NCBI GenBank assembly: GCA_004764695.1
Contig: SMSO01000014.1
Span: forward strand, 5,404,845-5,468,844
Reading direction: 5' to 3'
Source: Schizochytrium sp. TIO01
Lineage: Eukaryota; Protista; Bigyra: Labyrinthulomycetes
Length of the DNA: 64,000 nt
The first letter of the stretch is position 1; each line of letters starts with the position of its first letter. The notes beneath the pieces are model-generated. The model did not search any database. It was not told where the DNA came from and was given only the letters and a program-made list of their open reading frames with translations. The position numbers and the translations under genes are program-made. This document shows positions 34,601 through 44,018 of this stretch, one piece after another.

Positions 34601-37600
34601 CCAATCAGACCTTGAGCAAGACCTTATCTCAGCGTCAGAGGAAGAAACAGGACTGAACTACAGCGCTCAAGCAGACCTAGATCAAGACTTAGAAGAGTCA
34701 CAGGAACAGTCACAGTCAGAGGAAGAAGAAGACCTCGACAACAAAGTCCAATCAGACCTTGAGCAAGACCTTAACTCAGTGTCAGAGGAGGAAGAAGACT
34801 ACAAAGTTCAAGCAGACCTAGACCAAGACCTAGAAGAGTCACAGGGACAGTCACAGTCACAGTCAGAGGAGGAAGAGGAAGAAGAGGAAGAAGAGGAAGA
34901 AGACCTCGACAACAAAGTCCAAGCAGACCTTGAGCAAGACCTTAACTCGGTGTCAGAGGAAGGAGAAGACTACAAAGTTCAAGCAGACCTAGACCAAGAC
35001 CTAGAAGAGTCACAGGAACCGTCACAGTCAAAGTCAGAGTCGGAGTCTGAAGAGGAGGAAGAGGAGGAAGACCTCAACACCAAAGGCCACGCAGAACTAG
35101 ACCAAGACCTTAACTCAGTGTCAGAGGAAGGAGAGGGACTAGATTACAAAGTTCAAGCAGACCTAGACCTAGAACAGGAACAGTCAGAGTCAGAGTCAGA
35201 GGAGGAGGAGGAGGAAGAAGAAGACCTTGACAACAAGGTCCGAGCAGACCTTAAGCAAGACCTTAGCTCATTGCCAGAGGAAGAACTAGACAACAAGGTA
35301 CAAGCAGGCCTAGACCAAGACCTAGTCCAAGACCTAGGACAAGAACAGTCGCAGTCAGAGTTGGAGTCAGAGTCAGAGTCAGAGGAAGAGGAAGACCTTG
35401 ACAACAAAGATCTTGAGCAGGAGCAAGAACAGTCAGAGGAAAACCTTGGCGACAAAGATCCAGCAGATCAAGACCTACACTCAGAGCTTGAGAAAGAGGA
35501 AGACCTAGATAACAAAGTCGAAACAAACTTAGATCAAGACATAGAACAGTCACAGTCAGAGTCAAAGTCAGAAGAGGAGCAAGACCTTGGCAACAAAGAC
35601 CTAGCAGATCAACACCTAGAGTTAGAGCAAGAACAGGAACAGCCACAGCCACAGTCAGAGGAGGAGGAGGAGGAAGAAGAAGAAGAAGAAGAGGACCTCG
35701 ACAACAAAGTCCAAGCAGACCTTGAGCAAGACCTTAACTCAGTTTCAGAGGAAGAAGAAGGACTAGACGACAAAGTTCAAGCAGACCTAGAACAGGAGCA
35801 GGAAGAGGAACAATCAGAGTCAGAGTCAGAAGAAGATCTCGGCGAAAACGACCAAGTAGATCAAGACCTAGACTCAGAGCTAGAAAAAGACCAAGGCTTA
35901 GACGACAAAGTCCAAACGAACCTAGATCAAGACCTAGAACAGTCAGAGTCAGAGTTAGAGTCAGAGTCAGAGGAAGACCTCGGCGTCAAAGACCACGCAG
36001 ACCAAGACCGAAACCTAGACTCAGAGTTAGATTTAGAGGAAGACCTAGACGACAAAGTACAAACAAACCTAGACCAAGACCTAACTCAAGAACAGTTAGA
36101 GTCAGAGAAAGAAACAGAGGCCCCCCTTGAGCAAGAGAAGGAAACTTTCTCAATCGATAAAGATAAAACTTTTTCTGAACAGAAACGAGGAGAGCTAGAC
36201 CCTCTATTGCATACATTCCAGCACCAAATTATTCTTGGACAGAGGCAAGAGGAGACGCTTGACAACAAAGTCCAGGTAGATTCAAATCAAGACCGAGACC
36301 TAGACTCAGATCAAGTAGACTCAGAGGAAGAGGAGTCAGAAGAAGAAGAAAGTACCTTGGGCGAAGAACGCGAGGATAATCTCTCTGACCAAGAACAAAG
36401 GAAAGTAGAACCCTGCACACAAGCACTTCAGTGGAAATTAGCTCTTGAGCAAGACCAAGACCAATACCAAGAGGAGTCAGAAAAAGCAGTAGTTCTTTCT
36501 GAGCAAGAAAAGCAGAGCCTTTCGAGTGACGAAGAAGAGGAGCAAGAACTTCAATCAAAACAGCCTTTAGTGCAGTTAGTTTTTGAGGAAGAGGAAGACC
36601 GCAGTACCAAAGTCGAAGGAGACAAAGACCAAAAGGACTCAGAGGAGGAAGAAGAGTTTCTTTCTGAACAAGAAAGACATAGCTTCTCAAGTAGTGAAGA
36701 AAACAACCTTTCTGAACAAGAACAAGACGAGCTAGATTTTCTAGCACAAACCCTTCAGCACCAACTAGCACTTGGACAATATCAAGAAGGGCTCGACAAA
36801 AAATTTGAGGACAGCCAAAGCCAAGACCAAGAGGGATTAGAAGAGGAGCAGGATTCTTTTTCTGAGCCGGGAAGAGAAGAACTAAGTAACCTTGTGCAAG
36901 CGCTCGGTCAGAACGCAGTTCCTGAGGAAGGCCAAGACCAAGACCAAGACCAAGACCAAGACCAAGAGGAATCAGTAAAAGAAGAGTATTTTAGGAATCA
37001 GGGAAAACAAAGTTTCCTGGGTGAAGAAGAGAAAACTTTCTCAGATCAAGAACAGGAAAAAGTAGACCCCCTCGCGCAAGTACTTCAGCACAGAGCATTT
37101 CTTGAGCAAAAAAAGCAGAGTCTTTCAAGTGACGAAGTAGAAGGAGAAGCTCTTTCTGAGCAAGAAGAACAGAGTCTTTCGAGCGACGAAGAGGAAGAGG
37201 AGGTTCTTTCTGAGCAAGAAGAACAGAGTCTTTCACGTGGCGAAGTAGAAGAAGAAGTTCTTTCTGAGCAAGAAGAACAGGGTCTTTCACGTGGCGAAGT
37301 AGAAGAAGAAGTTCTTTCTGAGCAAGAAGAACAGGGTCTTTCGAGCGACGAAGAAGAAGAGGAGGTTCTTTCTGAGCAAGAAAAACCGAGCCTTTCGAGT
37401 GACGAAGTAGAAGAAGAAGTTCTTTCTGAGCAAGAAGAACAGAGTCTTTCGAGTAACGAAGAAGAAGAGGAGGTTCTTTCTAAGCAAGAAAAACCGAGCC
37501 TTTCGGGTAACGAAGTAGAAGGAGAAGCTCTTTCTGAGCAAGAAGAACAGAGTCTTTCGAGTAACGAAGAAGAAGAGGAGGTTCTTTCTAAGCAAGAAAA

Positions 37601-40600
37601 ACCGAGCCTTTCGGGTAACGAAGTAGAAGGAGAAGCTCTTTCTGAGCAAGAAAGACAGAGTCTTTCGAGCGACGAAGAAGAAGAGGAGGTTCTTTCTGAG
37701 CAAGAAGAGCAGAGTCTTTCGAGCGACGAAGAAGAAGAGGAGGTTCTTTCTGAGCAAGAAAGACAGAGTCTTTCGAGTGACGAAGAGGAAGAGGAGGTTC
37801 TTTCTGAGCAAGAAGAACAGAGTCTTTCGAGCGACGAAGAAGAAGAGGAGGTTCTTTCTGAGCAAGAAAAACCGAGCCTTTCGAGTGACGAAGTAGAAGG
37901 AGAAGCTCTTTCTGAGCAAGAAAAACAGAGTCTTTCGAGCGACGAAGAAGAAGAGGAGGTTCTTTCTGAGCAAGACGAACAGAGTCTTTCACGTGTCGAA
38001 GTAGTAGAAGGAGTTCTTTCTGAACAAGAAGAACAGAGTCTTTCACGTGTCGAAGTAGTAGAAGAGGAGGTTCTTTCTGAGCAAGAAGAACAGAGTCTTT
38101 CGAGCGACGAAGAAGAAGAGGAGGTTCTTTCTGAGCAAGAAAAGCCAAGTCTTTCGAGTGACGAAGTAGAAGAGGAAGCTCTTTCTGAGCAAGAAGAACA
38201 GAGTCTTTCGAGCGACGACGAAGAAGAGGAGGTTCTTTCTGAGCAAGAAAAGCCAAGTCTTTCGAGTGACGAAGTAGAAGAGGAAGCTCTTTCTGAGCAA
38301 GAAGAACAGAGTCTTTCGAGCGACGAAGAGGAAGAGGAGGTTCTTTCTGAGCAAGAAGAACAGAGTCTTTCACGTGGCGAAGTAGAAGAGGAAGCCCTTT
38401 CTGAGCAAGAAGAACAGAGTCTTTCGAGCGACGAAGAAGAAGAGGAGGTTCTTTCTGAGCAAGAAAAGCCAAGTCTTTCGAGTGACGAAGTAGAAGAGGA
38501 AGTTCTTTCTGAGCAAGAAGAACAGGGTCTTTTGAGCGACGAAGAAGAAGAGGAGGTTCTTTCTGAGCAAGAAGAACAGAGTCTTTCACGTGGCGAAGTA
38601 GAAGAGGAAGTTCTTTCTGAGCAAGAAGAACAGAGTCTTTCGAGCGACGAAGAGGAAGAGGAGGTTCTTTCTGAGCAAGAAAAGCCAAGTCTTTCACGTG
38701 TCGAAGTAGTAGAAGAAGTTCTTTCTGAGCAAGAAGAACAGAGTCTTTCACGTGTCGAAGTAGTAGAAGAGGAGGTTCTTTCTGAGCAAGAAGAACAGAG
38801 TCTTTCGAGCGACGAAGAAGAAGAGGAGGTTCTTTCTGAGCAAGAAAAGCCAAGTCTTTCGAGTGACGAAGTAGAAGAGGAAGCTCTTTCTGAGCAAGAA
38901 GAGCAGAGTCTTTCGAGCGACGAAGAGGAAGAGGAGGTTCTTTCTGAGCAAGAAAAGCCGAGGCTTTCACGTGACGAAGTAGAAGAGGAAGCTCTTTCTG
39001 AGCAAGGAGAACAGAGTCTTTCGAGCGACGAAGAGGAAGAGGAGGTTCTTTCTGAGCAAGAAGAACAGAGTCTTTCACGTGGCGAAAAAGAGAATCTCTC
39101 TGAGCACGAAGAAGAGCAAGAAGTTCAATCGAAAGAACCTTTAGTTTTCGAACAAGAAGAAAACCTCAGTAAGAGAGTCGAAGCAGACAAGGACCAAAAA
39201 GACTCAGAGGAGGAAGAGGAGCTTCTTTCTGAACAGGAAAGACATAGTTTCTCGAGCGGCGAGGAAGAGGATACCTCTGACCAAGACCAAGGTGAAGAAG
39301 AGGTTGAAGAAGACCAAACCCTTGGATACGAGCATTTGGACTTAAATCAGCAAAGAAGCCTCGGACTCTCCCTTTGGGAACAGGAACACAAGGAGGAAAA
39401 TCTTCTAGCCGAAGAGACACATCAAGCCCTTGATAGAAAGGAAGAGCAAGAATTTCTAGCACAGGTAGTTCAACCCCAGACCTTTCTTAAACAAGAAGAA
39501 AGAGAGGTTCCCGAATTGGGCAAAGCACGAGAAATCGCAAGTTACGAACACGATCAGCAGCTCGTCTTATCTGAAGCCGAAGGAAAAGGTCTGAAGCAAC
39601 AAATCAAATACTTCTCTCAAGACCAAGAGCAAGAGGATCTTGCGTACGAAGAAGTAGAAGAAAAGGTCTTGTTCGCTCATACACTTCTGCAAACCGAAGA
39701 AAGCCACGCTCAGCAGTTTTCAAAACAGCAAAGAGGATTGGATTTTCCTTTCCAACAAAAAAGGCAAGAGCAGTTTTCGAGTCAGCTTCTTAATCATAGA
39801 TCACCGTTAGAAGAAGCTTTCCGCCAACAGCGAGAAGAGGAGGCTGAACTAAAGTCCTCAGAGCTCGAGGAGAAGGAAGAGGAAGAAGAAGGCAAAGTCG
39901 AAGACAAGGGTCGTTTCATCCAAGGCCCCTCCGCGCTAGCGTTTCCCTCTCACCGAGCACAGGAGCAGCCAGTACAGGTCTCAGACCGCTTCTTTCAGCC
40001 CGAGCCTCAGAGCTTTTCTTCCTCCAGCCCCGGGCCCCAGACCCAGCAAGAGTCTTTCCCGACACCTTCGCAAGCCTCTTCCACCCCCCTCCTTGACGCA
40101 GACCTACGCACAGATCCTCCAAAGGACCTCGGCCTCGAGAAGACAGCCTTCGCCCAAGTCACTTCATCCGAGATCGCTGAGGAGCTCCAGGAAGAAGTGA
40201 CCCCACAGCAGGAGCGAAACGATCACAGCGAAGTGTGCGATTGGGAAGACCTCGCCGGAAAAGAACGGGAACAGGAACAAGAACAGCTCACGAGAGAGCT
40301 CGACGAGCACGAGGACTCGGTTTTGGAGGAGAGAGGGATTAGTAGCAGCATGCAGAGGCAGAGATCAAACCTCGAAGGCGGTCCGCTGGCAGCGGCGTTT
40401 GCGGCGAGCCAGGGAACAGCGGGAGAGAGCGTTTCGTCATCGAGGGAGATAGGGCAAAACCTCTTGCGGCAGAGGCAACAGCAATTCATGCAGCAGAGGC
40501 AGCAACGAGGAGACAAAGAGCACTTTGGCAGAGCAACGAATGCAGTATCGGCGGCCTTTGCCTTTAGCAAAGCAGGGGCAGCAGCTAGAGATCAGGAGCG

Positions 40601-43600
40601 CGTGAATAGGCCGGCGCCGGCGTCGACGACGTCGGCGGCGAGCAACACCGCGCAGGGACTCCCGTGGGGGAAACAAAAGTCCAGCGGAGCAACGTCCAAT
40701 AATCAGAACTCCCGAAGCGCTTCTGCGAGGGAACTGAGAAGCCAGGCGGTACCACAAGACGACGAAATCGAGCTTGAACGCGAAGAAGAGGCTCGAGCAA
40801 AGGCAGGTCCACAGCTCACTCCATTGGCACAGGCGTGGCAAGAAGTCGCACAGAAACCATCTACAGGATCTTCTCAGTTCTCGGCAGGTAGAGAATCCAA
40901 GTTTCTGGACCACGTAACACCTCTAAAAGCCGCACCACCATCGCTTACAAGTAGAAGCGGAGCAGAAAAGTCATCTACTAGTGTTACCAAGAGCAGCGAA
41001 CGCCTCGGCAGGCCAGTGTTGCCAAAGGTCATCTCAGGTTCAGCAGCAGACACTACCAAACTCGCCAGCGGTACTCTCCGGGGCAAGAACAAGCCATCTG
41101 CTTCAGAAAGGTGGCTTCAAAATCTTACGGCCAAGCCTTCTTCAGCTGCCACCGACAGGTGGCTTGAGAACCTATCAGCATCTACTCGTCCGAAACCTGT
41201 TCAGACCGAGTCAGCTTCGCCGGAACCATTAGCACAAGCGATTGTACATCACGAAGAGAAGCACCAAACTTCTACAAACCTTAACGCTGTATTGTTGCCT
41301 CGATTCATACCAGCTGCGAGCCCTGTACCAGAGAAGGGTGCCTACACTCCCTCCCCGATACCTGTGGATACACCCCCAGCTATCCCAACTGCTCTAGCAG
41401 CAACTCACGGAAGACTCGAAGCCAGAACTCCATCTCCAGAACCTGACGACGTTCCTGCTGCAACTTACGCTCTAGAAGAAGAATTGTACGCTAGGGACGT
41501 TGAACGGGCACCATCGCCAGATCCCAACTCACTTCCAGCAAAGGTTGTCCCAACACTTGCTCCTGCTCCCACTCGAGCTCCTACAGGAGCGTTGACTGCA
41601 AGAGGAAGGCCAGAGAATCCTTCACACGCAATCAAAGAGCGTCCTGTATTTGGCACTCTTCCTGACGCAGCGATGTTGGGCCCAATTAGCCCTGGAGTGC
41701 AGGAACAGACACGACTTCTTTTGCAGCAACAAAAGGCCAAGGCAGTCTCTGCAATTCGTGCACAACGTGAGCGCGATCCCAGGTCAGAACTTGGTAGCGT
41801 TGGCGCCAATGTACGTATTGTCTGCCATACACGCGAGTATGCACGTCTTCACTTTGCTGCTATTCATGTACCGTGGAGCTGTGTCCGTCTCTTGCGCGAT
41901 GCAGCCGAAAAGGCCGGTGAAGGTCGAGGTGAGCAGGAGATGATGACTGTAGACCTTGGTCGATTGCTCTTAAAGCCAGCGAGTGAGTTGGAGGTTCCTA
42001 AGCCGGTTTTTCAAGAAAACTTTGAGGCCGTCTTTGGCAATACTTTCCGTAATTATTTTATTCCGCTCCTTCACGCTAAGTTTCACAGGAGAGGAGACCT
42101 CACTGGCGATGACATTCCTGATGACATTCGGGCATGCTACAAGTTGTTGGTATTAGCAGAGCGCCTGGGTGCGGAATTGATGCATGATTTGTTCGACCAT
42201 CTGACAACACTTATCAACTCTAGCGTACTTAATGCCATGGCACCTACCAGTACAACAGAAGACATTGTCTCTAGCTCAACTATTCCGTTCCAGCTTGTAA
42301 GTACAAGTCTCAGCTTTGATGTGGCGCCACCTAAAGGTTCACTACTTGAGAAAATTGTGGAGTTGGCGATTGAAACCCTGGTAAAGGGTATACCAACAAG
42401 CCTTGCAGCCCTCCAAGGTCTTGTAGAAATAAGCTGTGAACGCGGCCGGACTGATATGGCCACCACACTTTTTTACCGCTCCATGCAGCAGTGTCTAGGA
42501 TATGCTTCTAAGGCACAAAAGTCTTCAAGGAGTGATGCTGAAACTCTGCTACGCGAGATGGGTGAACAAATGTCCTGGGGACGTCGTGAGGAATCACAAC
42601 TTACAACATTCTTGCACGCACTATCAGGCGCAACCGAAGGTTTTAAAGAGAGCGTTGAGTCTAACGCGACAGCACAAGCTGATGCTGCGACAGATGCGTG
42701 CTTCAGGCAAGGTATCGCTGTGCACAAGATCGGGATGGGGCCGAGTGCTGGCCTCCGGCTACTTCGAACAACAGAAAATGAGATCGAGTGGGTTCGACCT
42801 GGTCGGCGCGAAGTTAAGTCTATCCACCGGAAAGAGATCGTGCAAATTGCAATCGTTCAAACTGACACTAAAGGACGCACCTTTGGAATTGCGCGAAAGA
42901 ATGCTAAGATTGTTACCTTCCGTGTTGATAACTCTCAGGTGCGTGACCAATGTGTTCATGTACTACAGCGATGGTGGCACCCTAATCAACTCTTGGAGCA
43001 GCGCCGAGCTATGTCATATCGTATGCATGACTTGAAAATGAAGACTGGAGGGTTTGCCGCAGAAGCACCAATAGATGAAGACGAAGCTACAGTCACGAGA
43101 CAACCTAGTAGCCAAAGTCTAGTGAGTAATGCTACATCAAGAAGCCTCAGCGTTAACATTGCATCTACCTCTCAGCGTGGTTCGCATCTTGAATCACAGG
43201 CACCTGTAGCTTCCCCAATAACACTTCCCAAAAACAAGAATGCAGAGCAACCCCAACATCAAGAGCAAAGGATGCGCACGAGCCAACAACATCATGTTGA
43301 AACCGAGCATCATGAGCGCGCTATAGAAGAAGAGGAAGAGGAGCACAGCTTTTCTGATGGCAGCCCATACTCCTCCGAAGGTAGCGAGTTCGATGATGAA
43401 GATACAGAAGAGGATGACGGATTTGGTTCTGAGCGTGAACCTGAGCCCCCCGGAACGCCGGTGTCAGAGGCCTTTCACCAAGGAGGCGTCGAAGAGGAGA
43501 AAGAGGATCAAATGGGTTACGCAACGCCCGTGCAAGGTAATCGCATCCCGACAGCAAGCACCACGCCTGGAACTCCAGGCCAGTATGGTCAGAGTCCCAT

Positions 43601-44018
43601 GGTTGGGGCCTTGCCACCACCTCCGGGCGCTCAAGCAAAGACGCTTCCTGCGCGTACTCCAACGCAATTTACTCCTCAAGGTCAAGGATATATGCCGCAA
43701 CAAACATTCACACCCAACCCTGGGATGACACATGTTCAAAACTTCAGTAATTCTATGCATGCACAACCGCAAATGCACAGCGTTAACCCTCATTCCAATC
43801 ATAACCCCAGTCACACGCGAAGCTCCGACGCAGCAGGACTTGGTCTTTTTCAGAAGGGCCAGAGTGCTCGAGAGCTTGGTTCTCATTCAACTCCTCAGCG
43901 TGGCCATGGGTTCTTTTCCAAGATTAACAAGAGTTTTAGGCTTGGGTCCAAGCGTAACCTGATGCCACCTGATCATGGCAATAATGACGGCGGCCATCAG
44001 CGTAGTGACATGCTTTAA
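31614..44018 (+). CDS. Giant acidic repeat protein (4134 aa) with a C-terminal helical region and PH-like domain; alternative start at ATG 40350 (1222 aa)
   Basis: Uninterrupted 12.4-kb frame. The E/D/S/Q-rich N-terminal 2912 aa contain no internal Met. PH-like FRQGIAVHKIG...EIEWVRP...RTFGI...VTFRVDNSQVRDQCVHVLQ at about 42700-42980. Confidence 0.8.
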   Translation: MSRVPSLSSLWSAAHRALGERSIEEDSEDVSSEEEEDLDLSEDEDLKQQGSGSGNENVEGLSRGIASSQSLDQKGIDQEAPEPGQGVFGQRVLGQGILGQTFLSRGLFGAFRRKEESPEVLAQETLGQGVLNIGALGSEASKQIGEEQEEELELELELEEGGEDIELEEELEEEEELRLEEESEGEEELELEEEQDERVALAAWRLQETRSQLESLTSEGKQGESEESEDEKEFFSGQEEESYSLEEEEDLSENERESEPLIQEYRGNVALNEEESEGDSDFFSVQEEGSRVHEGVEDLSEEEQEQELLVQTLGGVNLEEGEKLENQGREQELDQSLNLANLQDQDKQELFDSQRQEQEGAELESEKDQFSEQEEESLSDRKDTGLSSGEESEEAAQIYQQKEILEVDQRQELSFFQQTQLQEELTSSKKDPQEEVEEGTPEQPNEDLLEQKEEKEPFAQSFCHGTSTGQEEYSIDELEEGQKQQLGQLHKLYNFGQNQHHIQEDLVSGDEESEEEEGLLFKHGLSDDEEEVSSEIDQEQEERQGPLPKAYQNCIAPEDEDRETLIKDNLDENLEDDDQERELVNFSQNQSKEQLISRDKEVQEQEKKTQYFSQEQEKESILNLFEQTQEGKFLAQSFQLSTTFRQGQEQESLLPLQLTESAVLGQQEHTDSDLEQEESESEEEKDCDIKAKADLDQDLASKLEEDEGLDDKVQTNLGQDLEQEQSESEPEEGIDQDLEEELEQKQEQSHSESEEEEEEDLEQHLNSVSEEGSDYKVQAVLDQDLNQDLNQLQPESEEESEEESEEESEEEEEEDLDRKVQADLDQDLNSVSEGEEGLDYKVQGDLDQDLDLEQEQSQSDSLEEEEEEEDLHNKVQSDLDQTQDLEQEQSPSESEEEEEEDLDIKIQAGLEQSLDSEEEKGLDYKVQADLDLEQEQSKSQSESESEEEEEEEEEDLDNKVQVDLDPEQEQSKSQSESESESEEEEEEEEEDLENKVQSDLEQDLISASEEETGLNYSAQADLDQDLEESQEQSQSEEEEDLDNKVQSDLEQDLNSVSEEEEDYKVQADLDQDLEESQGQSQSQSEEEEEEEEEEEEDLDNKVQADLEQDLNSVSEEGEDYKVQADLDQDLEESQEPSQSKSESESEEEEEEEDLNTKGHAELDQDLNSVSEEGEGLDYKVQADLDLEQEQSESESEEEEEEEEDLDNKVRADLKQDLSSLPEEELDNKVQAGLDQDLVQDLGQEQSQSELESESESEEEEDLDNKDLEQEQEQSEENLGDKDPADQDLHSELEKEEDLDNKVETNLDQDIEQSQSESKSEEEQDLGNKDLADQHLELEQEQEQPQPQSEEEEEEEEEEEEDLDNKVQADLEQDLNSVSEEEEGLDDKVQADLEQEQEEEQSESESEEDLGENDQVDQDLDSELEKDQGLDDKVQTNLDQDLEQSESELESESEEDLGVKDHADQDRNLDSELDLEEDLDDKVQTNLDQDLTQEQLESEKETEAPLEQEKETFSIDKDKTFSEQKRGELDPLLHTFQHQIILGQRQEETLDNKVQVDSNQDRDLDSDQVDSEEEESEEEESTLGEEREDNLSDQEQRKVEPCTQALQWKLALEQDQDQYQEESEKAVVLSEQEKQSLSSDEEEEQELQSKQPLVQLVFEEEEDRSTKVEGDKDQKDSEEEEEFLSEQERHSFSSSEENNLSEQEQDELDFLAQTLQHQLALGQYQEGLDKKFEDSQSQDQEGLEEEQDSFSEPGREELSNLVQALGQNAVPEEGQDQDQDQDQDQEESVKEEYFRNQGKQSFLGEEEKTFSDQEQEKVDPLAQVLQHRAFLEQKKQSLSSDEVEGEALSEQEEQSLSSDEEEEEVLSEQEEQSLSRGEVEEEVLSEQEEQGLSRGEVEEEVLSEQEEQGLSSDEEEEEVLSEQEKPSLSSDEVEEEVLSEQEEQSLSSNEEEEEVLSKQEKPSLSGNEVEGEALSEQEEQSLSSNEEEEEVLSKQEKPSLSGNEVEGEALSEQERQSLSSDEEEEEVLSEQEEQSLSSDEEEEEVLSEQERQSLSSDEEEEEVLSEQEEQSLSSDEEEEEVLSEQEKPSLSSDEVEGEALSEQEKQSLSSDEEEEEVLSEQDEQSLSRVEVVEGVLSEQEEQSLSRVEVVEEEVLSEQEEQSLSSDEEEEEVLSEQEKPSLSSDEVEEEALSEQEEQSLSSDDEEEEVLSEQEKPSLSSDEVEEEALSEQEEQSLSSDEEEEEVLSEQEEQSLSRGEVEEEALSEQEEQSLSSDEEEEEVLSEQEKPSLSSDEVEEEVLSEQEEQGLLSDEEEEEVLSEQEEQSLSRGEVEEEVLSEQEEQSLSSDEEEEEVLSEQEKPSLSRVEVVEEVLSEQEEQSLSRVEVVEEEVLSEQEEQSLSSDEEEEEVLSEQEKPSLSSDEVEEEALSEQEEQSLSSDEEEEEVLSEQEKPRLSRDEVEEEALSEQGEQSLSSDEEEEEVLSEQEEQSLSRGEKENLSEHEEEQEVQSKEPLVFEQEENLSKRVEADKDQKDSEEEEELLSEQERHSFSSGEEEDTSDQDQGEEEVEEDQTLGYEHLDLNQQRSLGLSLWEQEHKEENLLAEETHQALDRKEEQEFLAQVVQPQTFLKQEEREVPELGKAREIASYEHDQQLVLSEAEGKGLKQQIKYFSQDQEQEDLAYEEVEEKVLFAHTLLQTEESHAQQFSKQQRGLDFPFQQKRQEQFSSQLLNHRSPLEEAFRQQREEEAELKSSELEEKEEEEEGKVEDKGRFIQGPSALAFPSHRAQEQPVQVSDRFFQPEPQSFSSSSPGPQTQQESFPTPSQASSTPLLDADLRTDPPKDLGLEKTAFAQVTSSEIAEELQEEVTPQQERNDHSEVCDWEDLAGKEREQEQEQLTRELDEHEDSVLEERGISSSMQRQRSNLEGGPLAAAFAASQGTAGESVSSSREIGQNLLRQRQQQFMQQRQQRGDKEHFGRATNAVSAAFAFSKAGAAARDQERVNRPAPASTTSAASNTAQGLPWGKQKSSGATSNNQNSRSASARELRSQAVPQDDEIELEREEEARAKAGPQLTPLAQAWQEVAQKPSTGSSQFSAGRESKFLDHVTPLKAAPPSLTSRSGAEKSSTSVTKSSERLGRPVLPKVISGSAADTTKLASGTLRGKNKPSASERWLQNLTAKPSSAATDRWLENLSASTRPKPVQTESASPEPLAQAIVHHEEKHQTSTNLNAVLLPRFIPAASPVPEKGAYTPSPIPVDTPPAIPTALAATHGRLEARTPSPEPDDVPAATYALEEELYARDVERAPSPDPNSLPAKVVPTLAPAPTRAPTGALTARGRPENPSHAIKERPVFGTLPDAAMLGPISPGVQEQTRLLLQQQKAKAVSAIRAQRERDPRSELGSVGANVRIVCHTREYARLHFAAIHVPWSCVRLLRDAAEKAGEGRGEQEMMTVDLGRLLLKPASELEVPKPVFQENFEAVFGNTFRNYFIPLLHAKFHRRGDLTGDDIPDDIRACYKLLVLAERLGAELMHDLFDHLTTLINSSVLNAMAPTSTTEDIVSSSTIPFQLVSTSLSFDVAPPKGSLLEKIVELAIETLVKGIPTSLAALQGLVEISCERGRTDMATTLFYRSMQQCLGYASKAQKSSRSDAETLLREMGEQMSWGRREESQLTTFLHALSGATEGFKESVESNATAQADAATDACFRQGIAVHKIGMGPSAGLRLLRTTENEIEWVRPGRREVKSIHRKEIVQIAIVQTDTKGRTFGIARKNAKIVTFRVDNSQVRDQCVHVLQRWWHPNQLLEQRRAMSYRMHDLKMKTGGFAAEAPIDEDEATVTRQPSSQSLVSNATSRSLSVNIASTSQRGSHLESQAPVASPITLPKNKNAEQPQHQEQRMRTSQQHHVETEHHERAIEEEEEEHSFSDGSPYSSEGSEFDDEDTEEDDGFGSEREPEPPGTPVSEAFHQGGVEEEKEDQMGYATPVQGNRIPTASTTPGTPGQYGQSPMVGALPPPPGAQAKTLPARTPTQFTPQGQGYMPQQTFTPNPGMTHVQNFSNSMHAQPQMHSVNPHSNHNPSHTRSSDAAGLGLFQKGQSARELGSHSTPQRGHGFFSKINKSFRLGSKRNLMPPDHGNNDGGHQRSDML
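33640..36110 (+). repeat. Degenerate coding repeat block A (DLDNKVQADLEQDLNSVSEEE / QSESESEEEE units)
   Basis: Recurrent gacaacaaagtccaagcagacct and tcagagtcagag motifs; reading frame preserved throughout. Confidence 0.9.
37115..39080 (+). repeat. 54-bp (18-aa, VLSEQEEQSLSSDEEEEE) coding tandem array, about 36 copies
   Basis: ctttctgagcaagaa recurs at 37152, 37206, 37260 and onward (period 54, occasionally 57). Confidence 0.95.

Noticed and set aside
37115-39080. 54-bp array as CRISPR, and its antisense ORFs (e.g. 37588-39078)
   Set aside because: The variable parts are recurring variants rather than unique spacers. The antisense ORFs are shadows of the repeat.
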